Assembly: GCA_947302655.1 (NCBI GenBank)
Contig: CAMYVW010000003.1
Coordinates: 12,280 to 76,279 of the forward strand
Direction: 5' to 3'
DNA: 64,000 nucleotides
From: an uncultured Mycoplasmatota bacterium
GTDB taxonomy: Bacteria > Bacillota_I > Bacilli_A > RF39 > UBA660
How positions within the stretch are numbered: position 1 is the stretch's first letter; each line of letters begins with the position of its first letter. A program made the position numbers and the translations under genes. Below are positions 10,325 to 20,703 of this stretch, in pieces. The notes beneath the pieces are model-generated. The model did not search any database, was not told the DNA's origin, and was given only the letters and a program-made list of their open reading frames with translations.

Positions 10325-11473
10325 ATGGTTAAGTTTGGGAGAAAATTCTTTTTTAGTGATATACCTAAAATCGAAGAAAAAAAACCTAAAAAAGTTAAAA
10401 CACCAAAAGCGAAGAAACCTAAAAAAGTTAAAAAACCAAGAAAGAAAATAAATATAAAAGAAAAGCTAAATTCAGTAATTGAAATTATAGTAAACATATT
10501 TAAAAGAGTTTGGCCAGTATTATTATTTATTGTTTTAGTTTTATTAATAGCTCTAGGTATCAATTCATGTTCAAAGAAATCGAAAAAGAATAAAGATAAA
10601 GAAAAAGAAATAAAACCAGCAATTGTTCAAGAGATTAAAATATCAATATTTGATAAAGTTCCAACAGTTGATAAGTTTATTACTAACATTGACAAGTTTA
10701 AAGATAAAAAACTAACAATTAGTTATGATGAGAATAAACTTGTAGTTGATCACTATGAAGAAGTTGGAGAATATATTGTAAACATAACAGTTGATGATAA
10801 AACTTACACTTCAAAACTAACAGTTGAAGATATCTTACCTCCAGAACTATTATTAAAAGGCATGATGATTGATGAAGGAACAACTTATTCCATAAATGAC
10901 TTTGTGTCAAAATGTGAAGATAATTCTAAAAAAGACTGCGTTATTAAGTATAGTGAAGATAAATATAGTAATATTACAGCTCCAGGAACTTACGATATAA
11001 AAATAACTGCAACTGATATAAATAATAATTCAGTTGAAAAAGTTGCAGTATTAACAATTAATAAAAAAGCAGAACCACAGCCAACACCAACTCCTACACC
11101 AACTCCAAAACCTGCAAATGTTTGTAAATATGGTGATGGTTCATATAATAATGATATCGTTTTAACATATAACATTGTTAAAAATAACTGTGCTCAAGAT
11201 CCTACAATTGCATATACAAATAATACTTATATAGATAAAGCAGAAAAAATGGGAATTGAAGAAGAAAAGAAATTACGTGAAGATCTACAAAAGAAAAAAT
11301 TAAATATTGTAATTAATCTTCAGTGGGATGCATATCCAGTATTTAATTCAACAAATAGTGGATTAGTTGGATACACAGTTAAATTCTTCCTAACATCAGG
11401 AAGTAAAAAAACCGAATATGCTTTAAAAAGTGATGGAACAAGATCATTTAAATCAAATGACTTTGGATTATAA
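10325..11473 (+). CDS. membrane-anchored surface protein: Lys-rich N-terminal tail, one TM, Ig-like domain, (PT)n linker
   Basis: KKPKKVKTPKAKKPKKVKKPRKK repeats are followed by a TM (VWPVLLFIVLVLLIALGI), then an Ig-like segment DHYEEVGEYIVNITVDDKTYTSKLTVED, then PQPTPTPTPTPKP. The RBS AAAAGGTGA precedes the ATG at 10325. Confidence 0.5.
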   Translation: MVKFGRKFFFSDIPKIEEKKPKKVKTPKAKKPKKVKKPRKKINIKEKLNSVIEIIVNIFKRVWPVLLFIVLVLLIALGINSCSKKSKKNKDKEKEIKPAIVQEIKISIFDKVPTVDKFITNIDKFKDKKLTISYDENKLVVDHYEEVGEYIVNITVDDKTYTSKLTVEDILPPELLLKGMMIDEGTTYSINDFVSKCEDNSKKDCVIKYSEDKYSNITAPGTYDIKITATDINNNSVEKVAVLTINKKAEPQPTPTPTPTPKPANVCKYGDGSYNNDIVLTYNIVKNNCAQDPTIAYTNNTYIDKAEKMGIEEEKKLREDLQKKKLNIVINLQWDAYPVFNSTNSGLVGYTVKFFLTSGSKKTEYALKSDGTRSFKSNDFGL

Positions 11474-11509
11474 AAAAAGGATTTAGTGAGTTATCACTAA
11501 ATCTTTTTT

Positions 11510-13321
11510 TTAATCATTATTTCTATTGTTTCTAAATCTATCTTTAGGATCTAAGAATTTCTTTCTAAGTCTGATATCATCAGGAGTAACTTCTACATAT
11601 TCATCTTCTTCAATAAATTCTAAAGCTTCTTCAAGTGTAAATGTTTTAGCTTTTGTTAAAACAATAGCTTCATCTGCTCCACTTGATCTTGTGTTAGTTA
11701 AGTTTTTATTTTTACAAGGGTTAACATCTAAGTCATTATCTCTATTGTGAATACCAACGATCATACCGCAGTAAACTTCAGTAGAAGGTTCAACAATAAG
11801 TGTTCCTCTATCTTGTAAATTAAATAGAGAATAACCTAATGCTTTACCATTTTCCATAGATACTAAAACACCATTTTTACGTCTAGTAATAGGTCCCACA
11901 TATGGTTTATAGTCATCAAATGATCTAACCATAACACCTTCACCTTTAGTATTAGTTATAAAAGCTGATCTATAACCTATTAAACCTCTAGTTGGAGCAC
12001 TAAATTCTAAATGCGAAAAATTATCTGAATCTGAAGAAACTGAAACTAGTATTCCTTTTCTTTCTTGAATATCGTTAATAACTGTTCCTGAATAGTCATT
12101 AGGACAATTAATAATAACTTTTTCAAATGGTTCACATTTAACACCATCTATTTCCTTAATTAATACTTCTGGTTTTGAAACAGATAATTCATAACCTTCT
12201 CTTCTCATATTTTCAAGAAGAATAGATAAGTGTAATTCTCCTCTTCCACTTACTTTATAACCATCGGCATTTTCTAGTGGTTCAACTTCTAGACCAACAT
12301 TTGTTTCAAGTTCTTTATCAAGTCTTTCTTTAATGTGTCTATTAGTTAAATATTTACCACTTTTTCCAGCAAACGGAGAACTATTAACTAAGAAGTTCAT
12401 AGATAATGTTGGTTTTTCTATTGTTATTGGAGGAAGTTGATTTGGTTTGTCTTTTTCACAAATTGTATCTCCAATAGATATTGTTGCGCATCCAGCAACT
12501 GATACTATATCACCATAGTAAGCTACATCTTTTTCTACTCTTTTAATACCTTCATTAACAAATAACTTAGAAATCTTAAACGAAGTTACAGTACCATCAT
12601 TTGTAACAAGTGTAACTGTTTCTCCATTTTTAATCTTACCTTTATTGATACGTCCAATACCAATACGTCCTATATAATCATCATAATCAAGAGCAGATAC
12701 TTGAAGTTGTAAATCATCATTTTCTTTTCCTTCAAAAGGTTTAACATGGTTAATAATTGTTTCAAGTAGAGGTGCTATAGAATCCGAATCATCATTCATA
12801 TCAAGTTTTGCAATTCCATCTCTTGCTATACCATATATAATTGGAAAATCTAATTGTTCATCAGTTGCATTAAGTTCTAAGAATAAATCAAATGTCATAT
12901 CAACAACTTCTTGAACTCTAGCATCTTTTTTATCAATTTTATTAATAAATAGAATTGGTCTTAAGTTTTGCTCTAGAGCTTTCTTTAATACAAATCTTGT
13001 TTGAGGCATAGGTCCTTCAGCTGAATCAACTAATAAAACAACTGTATCTACAGTTCTAATAACTCTTTCAACTTCACTAGAAAAATCAGCATGACCTGGA
13101 GTATCAACAATATTAATTTTATAATCTTTATATCTAATGGCGCAGTTCTTAGAATAAATAGTAATTCCTCTTTCTCTTTCAATATCATTACTATCCATTA
13201 CGCAGTCTACTACTTCTTCTCTTTCAGAAAAAACACCATTTTGTTCAAGTAGTGCATCAACTAAAGTACTTTTACCAGCATCAACGTGTGCAACAACTGC
13301 TATGTTTATTATTTTTTCCAT
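11510..13321 (-). CDS. typA: translational GTPase TypA/BipA
   Basis: MEKIINIAVVAHVDAGKSTLVDALLEQNGVF…, an EF-G-like domain series of about 600 aa. Confidence 0.9.
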   Translation of the reverse strand: MEKIINIAVVAHVDAGKSTLVDALLEQNGVFSEREEVVDCVMDSNDIERERGITIYSKNCAIRYKDYKINIVDTPGHADFSSEVERVIRTVDTVVLLVDSAEGPMPQTRFVLKKALEQNLRPILFINKIDKKDARVQEVVDMTFDLFLELNATDEQLDFPIIYGIARDGIAKLDMNDDSDSIAPLLETIINHVKPFEGKENDDLQLQVSALDYDDYIGRIGIGRINKGKIKNGETVTLVTNDGTVTSFKISKLFVNEGIKRVEKDVAYYGDIVSVAGCATISIGDTICEKDKPNQLPPITIEKPTLSMNFLVNSSPFAGKSGKYLTNRHIKERLDKELETNVGLEVEPLENADGYKVSGRGELHLSILLENMRREGYELSVSKPEVLIKEIDGVKCEPFEKVIINCPNDYSGTVINDIQERKGILVSVSSDSDNFSHLEFSAPTRGLIGYRSAFITNTKGEGVMVRSFDDYKPYVGPITRRKNGVLVSMENGKALGYSLFNLQDRGTLIVEPSTEVYCGMIVGIHNRDNDLDVNPCKNKNLTNTRSSGADEAIVLTKAKTFTLEEALEFIEEDEYVEVTPDDIRLRKKFLDPKDRFRNNRNND

Positions 13322-13411
13322 TATAGTCACTCCCAACAAATTACCAAAAGATAATACAACATAATAAGAAAATATGCAAGAAAAAAACTACCAAAAGGTA
13401 GTTTCATTTAA

Positions 13412-13933
13412 TTATTTAAACTTTTTAATAAATAACTTAACAAATAATAAAATTGCACAAGCAACATATATAACATTAAATGTAATAGAATATACCCTAT
13501 CTACAATACTATTAGTTGTTATCTCATCAAATATTTGTAAGCCTATATCTCTAATAAATATAAATACAACTTTTAATAAAATAACTAACAATATAAGATA
13601 AATAAAATATAATAATGCATTTCCAGCTTTTTTCTTATCTTTATTAGTAAGCAAACTATAAAAATTCTTTAATGCAACGAGAAATCCTTTACCTGATACT
13701 TTTCCGCTATAAATCTTTTTATAATCAAGACCATGAGAAAGATAAATAGAAAGAACTAAATCTTCAAGGTTACCAAGAGAATTAACAGCGTCTGTTTCAC
13801 TTTGACCCATATTTACATAGTTATCAATAACAGAAGAATACTTATTGATTTCTTTTTCTCTTTCAGATTCAACCAAATAATAAAGTTTATTATTTAATAA
13901 ATCAAGAAACTTCTTTTTATCCATAATATTCAT
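13412..13933 (-). CDS. DUF1700-family membrane protein
   Basis: N-terminus KKKFLDLLNNKLYYLVESEREKEINKYSSVIDNYVNMGQSETDAVNSLGNLEDL matches the DUF1700 signalling-type N-domain. C-terminal TM helices follow. Confidence 0.5.
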   Translation of the reverse strand: MNIMDKKKFLDLLNNKLYYLVESEREKEINKYSSVIDNYVNMGQSETDAVNSLGNLEDLVLSIYLSHGLDYKKIYSGKVSGKGFLVALKNFYSLLTNKDKKKAGNALLYFIYLILLVILLKVVFIFIRDIGLQIFDEITTNSIVDRVYSITFNVIYVACAILLFVKLFIKKFK

Positions 13934-14028
13934 CCCTTTTTATATGTTAATATTGTAGCATAATAAAATTAAAAAGACTATTGATTAATGGAGTTATTTA
14001 CAGGTATAATATAAAAGAGGTATGAAAA

Positions 14029-14526
14029 ATGAAAAATGATTTAATAATTAATCCTGAAAAGAAAAAAAAGACTCCATTACTACTTAATTTCTTAACCTTA
14101 ATTTTAGGATGTATGCTCCTAACTAATAATAATAAAGTAGTTGTATATACTTGTTATATTATTGGTGCTATATCTTTAGTAATTGGTTTATTTAATTTAT
14201 TTAGTAAGAAATTAACTAAAAGAGAAGGAAATATAAGTTTAGGAGTTTATGCAACAGTACTTGCTGTACTTTTATTTATACTAGCTCATACTATTGAAGT
14301 TACTCTTCGTATGATCATAGGTATATGGTTAATATTAGATGGTCTTGCTAAGTTAGCATTAGCATTTAAAGTAAAAGAAAAATTTATGCCATTTTTAATA
14401 TTAGCTATAATATTAATTGCAGCTGGTATGTACTGTATACTTGTATCAAATATATTATTAGTTGTTGTTGGTGCATTCTTAATTGCTAGTTCAACAATTG
14501 ATTTATATAATTATTTCTTTAATTAA
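14029..14526 (+). CDS. DUF308/HdeD-like membrane protein
   Basis: 165 aa with 4-5 hydrophobic helices and Gly-spaced motifs. Confidence 0.45.
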   Translation: MKNDLIINPEKKKKTPLLLNFLTLILGCMLLTNNNKVVVYTCYIIGAISLVIGLFNLFSKKLTKREGNISLGVYATVLAVLLFILAHTIEVTLRMIIGIWLILDGLAKLALAFKVKEKFMPFLILAIILIAAGMYCILVSNILLVVVGAFLIASSTIDLYNYFFN

Positions 14527-14569
14527 TAACAAACAAAAAAATCTATCAAACGATAGATTTTTTTATTTG

Positions 14570-15166
14570 TTAATTTTTCTTAGAAGCAAATATTAAAGCT
14601 CCAAATAAAGCAATAACTGCAGCAAATATTCCAGCAATCATAATTGTATCACTAGATTTAGATTCTTTTTTAGTTTTACGTTCTATATTTTCAGAATCCA
14701 TTGCTTCAGATAATGTAGTAGATTTTAAACTCTTGTATTTGTGTTTAGCGATTACTTCAGCAACTACATCTTTTTCTTGCGCTTCATAAGCATCATTTAA
14801 GAAGTTTAAGAATGATTCAGATATTGAATCAGCATATCCTGTAAAATGTTGTTTACCAACAACATTAAATGGAGCTCCTTCATATTCAATACCTAAAGCA
14901 TCAGCCACATCTACAACTAGATCTTTATTGCTACCTTCAAAAATATCATAAACAACAATATTAAATTTCTTCTTAATATCCCTGTAGTTTTCATCAAGGA
15001 ATGACATTTCATCAGCACAATGTGGACAACCTGTTTGTCTAAATAGATACAAAGTTACTTTTGATTTTTCACCTTTCTCTGCTTTTTCTTCTTTTGCTAA
15101 TGCAACTCCAGAGAATAATGAAAAAGCAAATACAAATGTAAAGACATATTTTAAAATATTTTTCAT
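14570..15166 (-). CDS. secreted/membrane-anchored thioredoxin-fold thiol-disulfide oxidoreductase
   Basis: Signal peptide, a CPHC active-site motif (TGCPHCADEM) and a C-terminal TM. Confidence 0.6.
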   Translation of the reverse strand: MKNILKYVFTFVFAFSLFSGVALAKEEKAEKGEKSKVTLYLFRQTGCPHCADEMSFLDENYRDIKKKFNIVVYDIFEGSNKDLVVDVADALGIEYEGAPFNVVGKQHFTGYADSISESFLNFLNDAYEAQEKDVVAEVIAKHKYKSLKSTTLSEAMDSENIERKTKKESKSSDTIMIAGIFAAVIALFGALIFASKKN

Positions 15167-15215
15167 AAATTACCTCCCATAAATAAATTATAACACTCAA
15201 GTATATAAATTAAAA

Positions 15216-16430
15216 TTATAAATCGCTATCATGAAGCTTCTTATGAGCTTGTTTTCCACCAGGTACACCAATATCGTATTTATAAATATCATTTATTTCT
15301 TCACTTTTATATGAATACCTTAATGATTTATCATTATCGATATCAATAAGTTTAGTTGATTTATCAATTCGTGATTCCATATTATCATTTGTTGGTACAA
15401 GTGGCTGACCTCCACCATTAATGCATCCTCCAGGGCATGCCATAACTTCAATCAGATGATATTTATGAATATCCATTTTCTGTAGCTCTTTCATGGTAGA
15501 AACCCTTGCTACTTTTAATTTTAACTTTTTAAAATCATATTCAGCTTCTTGGAAAAGTTCTTTGCTATCCATTAGTTTTCTCTCTAAATTTTTAGGAAAC
15601 TCTTCATTATTCATTAAATAATAAGTAGTTCTTAAAACAGATTCAAGAACTCCACCAGCAGTACCAAAAATTACACCAGATGATGATGCATTTCCAACAA
15701 GGGAATCAAAATCTTTTTCTTTTATACTTGATACATCTATTTTAGCTTCAGATATCATATATAAAAGTTCCCTAGTTGTAATTACATAATCTATATCATC
15801 AGTTTCATGTATTTCTATTTTTTTACTAACACAAGGCATTAATAAAACATTTATTACTTTATTTTTAACATCAATATACCTATTGAGATAGTTTTTAACC
15901 AAGTAACCTTGCATTTTAATAGGTGATTTCGTAGAAGAAACATATTTATCTAAATTATTCGTAATAGCATAGCTTTTCCATGAAGGACAGCAGGATGTCA
16001 TTAAAGGAAAATTATTTGTTTTAATTCTTTCAATAAATTCCATACTTTCTTCAACTGTAGTTAAATCAGCACCAACTGCAACATCATAGACATAATCAAA
16101 ACCTAACGCTTTTAATATACCTACAAGTTTTCTTGTAGGATCCCCAGTTATATTAAGTTCATTAATAAGTGAAACTCTTGTAGCAGGAGATATAGAAATA
16201 ATGCATGTATAATCAGTATCATTTAAATAATTAAGTACTTCTTGATAATTATAATATGGAACTAAAGCTCCCATAGGACAAGTTAATATACATTGTCCAC
16301 ATTTTATACAATCATTACCTATGTTTTGCACACTATCACATGTTTTTTTACATAATCCACAGTATGTACATTTTTCTTCTATACGAGTAATCGCACAGTT
16401 AATCCCAAATTCTACTCTTTCATTTTTCAT
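15216..16430 (-). CDS. [FeFe]-hydrogenase catalytic subunit (HydA-type) with N-terminal 2x[4Fe-4S] ferredoxin domain
   Basis: CxxCxxC…CP ferredoxin motifs are present. So are the three H-cluster motifs TSCCPSW, MPCVSKKIE and EVMACPGGCINGGGQP. Confidence 0.8.
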   Translation of the reverse strand: MKNERVEFGINCAITRIEEKCTYCGLCKKTCDSVQNIGNDCIKCGQCILTCPMGALVPYYNYQEVLNYLNDTDYTCIISISPATRVSLINELNITGDPTRKLVGILKALGFDYVYDVAVGADLTTVEESMEFIERIKTNNFPLMTSCCPSWKSYAITNNLDKYVSSTKSPIKMQGYLVKNYLNRYIDVKNKVINVLLMPCVSKKIEIHETDDIDYVITTRELLYMISEAKIDVSSIKEKDFDSLVGNASSSGVIFGTAGGVLESVLRTTYYLMNNEEFPKNLERKLMDSKELFQEAEYDFKKLKLKVARVSTMKELQKMDIHKYHLIEVMACPGGCINGGGQPLVPTNDNMESRIDKSTKLIDIDNDKSLRYSYKSEEINDIYKYDIGVPGGKQAHKKLHDSDL

Positions 16431-16975
16431 TTTACTAAATCCTTATAAACAGTAACAATTCTTTTAACAATATCATTACTATCAAGTTTCATATCGTTTG
16501 TTGCTAGTAAAGTAGCTAAACCATTTGAGTAAAGCCAGATATGCATAAATAGAATCTTAGCATTTTCAAATGTATAACCATGTTTATTAACCAAATTAAT
16601 AATAGCTGATTGATTCCATTTTTCATCTAAAACAGCATCTATTGTCTTCCAACTTAAATTATTAGATAAAAATAAAGTCTTAAATAAGTTTTTATGTTCC
16701 TGAGCAAACTCAATATATGCAACACATAATGTAATTAGTGCTTTATCTTTATCTATTCTGCTTGTTACAAATTCGTCATAAAACTTATATATTGATTCAT
16801 AAACAAGTTTTTTTACCTCTTCCATACCTTCAAACATACGGTATAGTGGCTTAGTAGACATACCAAGATCTTTTGCAAGGCCTCTTGCATTTAAAGATTC
16901 CCAGCCAGTTGAAGCAACAATATTTTTAGCTTTTACTACAACATCTTCCTTTGTTAAATTAACACTACTTGCCAT
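16427..16975 (-). CDS. TetR-family transcriptional regulator
   Basis: N-terminal HTH (…ASTGWESLNARGLAKDLGMSTKPLYRMF…), 182 aa. Confidence 0.6.
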   Translation of the reverse strand: MASSVNLTKEDVVVKAKNIVASTGWESLNARGLAKDLGMSTKPLYRMFEGMEEVKKLVYESIYKFYDEFVTSRIDKDKALITLCVAYIEFAQEHKNLFKTLFLSNNLSWKTIDAVLDEKWNQSAIINLVNKHGYTFENAKILFMHIWLYSNGLATLLATNDMKLDSNDIVKRIVTVYKDLVK

Positions 16976-17045
16976 ATAAAACCCTCCTTATGGTAACTTA
17001 TGTTTCCATTATAACACACTTTATAAAAAAAAGAAAACTATTAGA

Positions 17046-17870
17046 TTATCTAATAGCTAACATATAATAAATAATTAAAATTATACCAAGAGTTATTCTA
17101 TAAATACCAAATGGTTTAAAATCATGTTTTTTAATATAAGAAAGTAAATACTTTATAATAATTATTGATGCAATATATGCTACTAACATACCAGTAACTA
17201 AAATTAAGATTTCATTTCCAGAAAAATTAAATCCAAATTTTACTAATTTTAGTAAACTTGCACCAAACATTACAGGAATTGCTAAATAAAAAGTAAACTC
17301 TGTTGCAACAGTTCTATCAGTTCCAAGTATTAATGCACCTATAATTGTTGCTCCACTTCTAGAAGTACCAGGAATAAGAGCAAGAACTTGAAAAAGTCCT
17401 ATATATAAAGCAAGTTTATAACTCATTTTATTTATATCTGTATATAAAGGCTTTTTATGAGAAATATTATTTTCTACAATAATAAATAATATACCATAAA
17501 TTATAAGCATTAATGCTACTGTTGGAAAGTTAAAGAAATGTTTATCAATAAAATCATCTAATAATAGTCCAACTATAGCAGCAGGTAGACATCCAACAAT
17601 AATTTTTTTCCATAAATTAATAGAACGATTAAATCGGTCTTTTTCTTTCATATATAAGAAAAAATTAAGTTTTTTAAAATATATTGTACATACAGCAAGA
17701 ATTGCTCCAAGTTGTATTACAACTAAATAAACATTCCAAAAATCCTTACTTACTTTTAACTTCATAAAGTTTTCAAGCAAGATCATATGACCTGTACTAC
17801 TAATAGGAAGCCACTCTGTTACACCTTCAACTATACCAAATAGTATACTCTTAATAATTTGTATTAACAT
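17046..17870 (-). CDS. uppP: undecaprenyl-diphosphate phosphatase
   Basis: GVTEWLPISSTGHMIL motif, 274 aa, polytopic. Confidence 0.85.
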   Translation of the reverse strand: MLIQIIKSILFGIVEGVTEWLPISSTGHMILLENFMKLKVSKDFWNVYLVVIQLGAILAVCTIYFKKLNFFLYMKEKDRFNRSINLWKKIIVGCLPAAIVGLLLDDFIDKHFFNFPTVALMLIIYGILFIIVENNISHKKPLYTDINKMSYKLALYIGLFQVLALIPGTSRSGATIIGALILGTDRTVATEFTFYLAIPVMFGASLLKLVKFGFNFSGNEILILVTGMLVAYIASIIIIKYLLSYIKKHDFKPFGIYRITLGIILIIYYMLAIR

Positions 17871-17911
17871 AAAATATCTCCTTATGTAATATTATTCAAT
17901 TAAAAAAGAGA

Positions 17912-18304
17912 TTATTTTCTCTTTTTTAATAAGTCTCTAATTTCTTCAAGTAATAATACTTCTTCATTTTTTGCAGGAGCTTCTTCTTTAGCTTCTTCTT
18001 TATTTTTCTTTCTATTAAATCTATTAATAAATTTAATAACCATAAAAATACAGAAAGCAACAATTAAGAAGTTAACAACTTGTTGAATAAATAGTCCATA
18101 ACAAATAGTTGCATCTTTAACATTTATTGTAAGTCCACTGAAATTAATTCCACCAAGTATTAAACCTACTAAAGGCATAATTATATCATTAACTAAAGAT
18201 GTAACAATAGCACCAAAAGCACTACCTATTACAACACCTACAGCTAAATCAATAACATTTCCTTTACTAATAAATTCTTTAAACTCTTTTACCATATTTT
18301 TCAT
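17912..18304 (-). CDS. mscL: large-conductance mechanosensitive channel
   Basis: [44 protein letters not shown]…, 130 aa. Confidence 0.88.
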   Translation of the reverse strand: MKNMVKEFKEFISKGNVIDLAVGVVIGSAFGAIVTSLVNDIIMPLVGLILGGINFSGLTINVKDATICYGLFIQQVVNFLIVAFCIFMVIKFINRFNRKKNKEEAKEEAPAKNEEVLLLEEIRDLLKKRK

Positions 18305-18306
18305 AA

Positions 18307-18573
18307 TTAAAACCTAAACAACTTATCTCCTTTCGTTAAACTTTTATTCAATTTTTCTAAATCCTTAATAGCTTCATCTTTAGTTTTATATAAACATAAC
18401 ACATCTTCAACACTTCCCCAAAAACTATGCGCATATTCACCCATAATAGCAAACTTGTAACCTTTTTGAGCATAGTATCTTGATATGTTAAAAGCATAAC
18501 AATTAAGAATTTTTTCTTTATTTTGTGATACAACCCACATATTAACATTCCTTTCAAATAAATTATAACACAA
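18307..18573 (-). CDS. hypothetical protein (88 aa)
   Basis: Intact ORF. I recognise no motif. Confidence 0.35.
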   Translation of the reverse strand: MCYNLFERNVNMWVVSQNKEKILNCYAFNISRYYAQKGYKFAIMGEYAHSFWGSVEDVLCLYKTKDEAIKDLEKLNKSLTKGDKLFRF

Positions 18574-18589
18574 TAACTAATGAAAAGAA

Positions 18590-18626
18590 TAAAAAAAGAT
18601 TTCAATTTTTTGAAATCTTTTATTTA
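18590..18626. terminator. bidirectional intrinsic terminator
   Basis: Perfect inverted repeat AAGATTTCAA-TTTTT-TGAAATCTT flanked by A/T runs. Confidence 0.6.
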
Positions 18627-18730
18627 TTTTTCTTTTTAGTGTCTTTAGCTACATATTTAACTTTAACACCTTTATATAAACCAAATTGTTTTTTAACACC
18701 TTCTGGTAAATTTTTCTTTATTACTTTCAT
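18620..18730 (-). CDS. small Lys-rich protein (36 aa)
   Basis: MKVIKKNLPEGVKKQFGLYKGVKVKYVAKDTKKKNK, with the RBS GAGGAG upstream, ending in the terminator above. Confidence 0.3.
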   Translation of the reverse strand: MKVIKKNLPEGVKKQFGLYKGVKVKYVAKDTKKKNK

Positions 18731-18788
18731 TTCTTCCACTCCTCGCTTGTAAATTATAGCATCAATAATAATTATTGTAAATCATAAA

Positions 18789-19283
18789 TTAAAATATAAA
18801 CTCAGCTAACTTATTAGCAAGAGGAACCAAAGTTTCACCACATGATGAATATTTATCAACCATTGAAACTAAAAATGATTCTTTATATTTTGGAACACTT
18901 CTAAGTGTAAGTGGCCACATATGTTTTAAAATAATATCTTTTTCTTTACTATTTAAATTAAAATTATTAGATGCATTCATAAGTGCAGTTTTTGGATGTG
19001 TATAACCATGCTTCTCAAATAACTTTCTTTTGGGTTCTAAATGCCAATCATATAAAAATAAATCATGTAATAAACCTGCTCTTGCTGCAGATTTATAATC
19101 CATTTTAAATAATTTTGCTATTTTGTAACTTCTATAAGAAACTCTAATGCAATGATCAAGTGTAGAAGTTGTTCCATGCTGTATATATTCATCCATCTTT
19201 AAAACGACACTACTTTCAATTAAATCAGAAATAGCATCATAATAACCTTTTTTAGATAGTAACTTCTTAGATAATTGATTCAT
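18789..19283 (-). CDS. HD-domain phosphohydrolase
   Basis: …HCIRVSYRSYKIAKLFKMDYKSAARAGLLHDLFLYDWH… shows the H…HD motif. I chose the start at MNQLSKK because of the RBS AGGGGGAC. Confidence 0.55.
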   Translation of the reverse strand: MNQLSKKLLSKKGYYDAISDLIESSVVLKMDEYIQHGTTSTLDHCIRVSYRSYKIAKLFKMDYKSAARAGLLHDLFLYDWHLEPKRKLFEKHGYTHPKTALMNASNNFNLNSKEKDIILKHMWPLTLRSVPKYKESFLVSMVDKYSSCGETLVPLANKLAEFIF

Positions 19284-19412
19284 GCAGCAGGTCCCCCTTT
19301 CTTTAGTTACAACTATATTATACGACAAATTTATAAATATTACACATTATTTATAATTTCATATAGTTAACAAATGTATATAAATAAAAAAATAGGTTTT
19401 ATTAAACCTATT

Positions 19413-19856
19413 TTATAAAGTTCTAACACGTTTCTTTTGATTATTAATATTAACTTGTTTATATTTGATATTATATAAGGTATCATTAATAAAACTACAC
19501 TCTACTTCATAAACGCAACCACACTTTTGCATACTAAATTCCATTAATTTAAATGCTTCAACTAAATCAAATAAAGCTTTTCTTTTAGGAATAGTTCTAG
19601 TAAGGTCACGATAATTTAGAGTATATAAAATTTCATGTTTATCACTATAATTATCTAAATCTTCACAAAACTTAACAATATTAGTAGTATCAAGACTAGA
19701 TATAACTAAAAATCTAAATGTATCACTTTCATCAGCACTAACTAAGTCAACATCAGAACCATATACTTTTTTATGAATAAAAGATATAACTTCAGTTTTA
19801 GTTAATGAATAAACCTGAGATATGTTACTAGAGTCATAATTATTAATCATTCTCAT
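19413..19856 (-). CDS. hypothetical protein
   Basis: Start chosen after the RBS GGGGAGGAAACC (MRMINNYDSS…). Confidence 0.35.
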   Translation of the reverse strand: MRMINNYDSSNISQVYSLTKTEVISFIHKKVYGSDVDLVSADESDTFRFLVISSLDTTNIVKFCEDLDNYSDKHEILYTLNYRDLTRTIPKRKALFDLVEAFKLMEFSMQKCGCVYEVECSFINDTLYNIKYKQVNINNQKKRVRTL

Positions 19857-19977
19857 ATGGTTTCCTCCCCACGAGTGCAATATATTATCACATCCAAAAA
19901 CATTATGCAAGTCCCTAAACAATTAAAAATCTAATATGATATAATTAATTTAAATAATTATTAAAGGAGAAATAATT

Positions 19978-20649
19978 ATGAAACTAACTGATAGACTTAT
20001 AAAAATAAAAGATAATAAATACAAAGAGTTTCAATCAAAACTAGTCCCAAACATTAGTAAAGATACTATCTTAGGTATTAGAACCCCAGAAATGAGAAAA
20101 ATAGCTAAAGAAGTTTTTAAAAGTGAAGATAAGAATAAATTTCTAGATAGTTTACCACACAAATACTATGAAGAAAATTTAATTCATTTTTTTGTTATTT
20201 CACTCATAAAAGACTTTGATGAATGCATTAAAAGAGTTGAAGAATTTCTTCCATATGTTGATTGCTGGCCAGTATCTGATCAAGCAACTCCAAAATCTTT
20301 TAAAAATAATCATGAAAAACTGTTACCATACGTAAAAAAATGGATAAAATCAAAGCATATATATACTGCAAGATTTGGTATCCGAATGCTAATGAATGAA
20401 TATCTTGGAGATGATTTCAAAGAAGAATATTTAAAACTTATTGCTTCAATAAAAACTGATGATTATTACTTAAAAATGATGATAGCATGGTATTTTGCCA
20501 CAGCTTTAGCTAAAAGATATAATGAAACCATTCCATATTTAGAAAATCATTCTTTGGATGAATGGGTTCATAAAAAAACTATTCAAAAAGCTATAGAAAG
20601 CTACAGAGTAAGCGAAGAACATAAAAAATATTTATCAACCCTTAAATAA
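19978..20649 (+). CDS. DNA alkylation repair enzyme (AlkD-like HEAT-repeat family)
   Basis: 223 aa helical-repeat protein. N-terminus MKLTDRLIKIKDNKYKEFQSKLVPNISKDTILGIRTPEMRKIAKEV is typical of this family. Confidence 0.55.
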   Translation: MKLTDRLIKIKDNKYKEFQSKLVPNISKDTILGIRTPEMRKIAKEVFKSEDKNKFLDSLPHKYYEENLIHFFVISLIKDFDECIKRVEEFLPYVDCWPVSDQATPKSFKNNHEKLLPYVKKWIKSKHIYTARFGIRMLMNEYLGDDFKEEYLKLIASIKTDDYYLKMMIAWYFATALAKRYNETIPYLENHSLDEWVHKKTIQKAIESYRVSEEHKKYLSTLK

Positions 20650-20703
20650 TAAAATGACACACATATTAATATATAGTATACTATTTCTATTAGGAGGTTT
20701 CTT

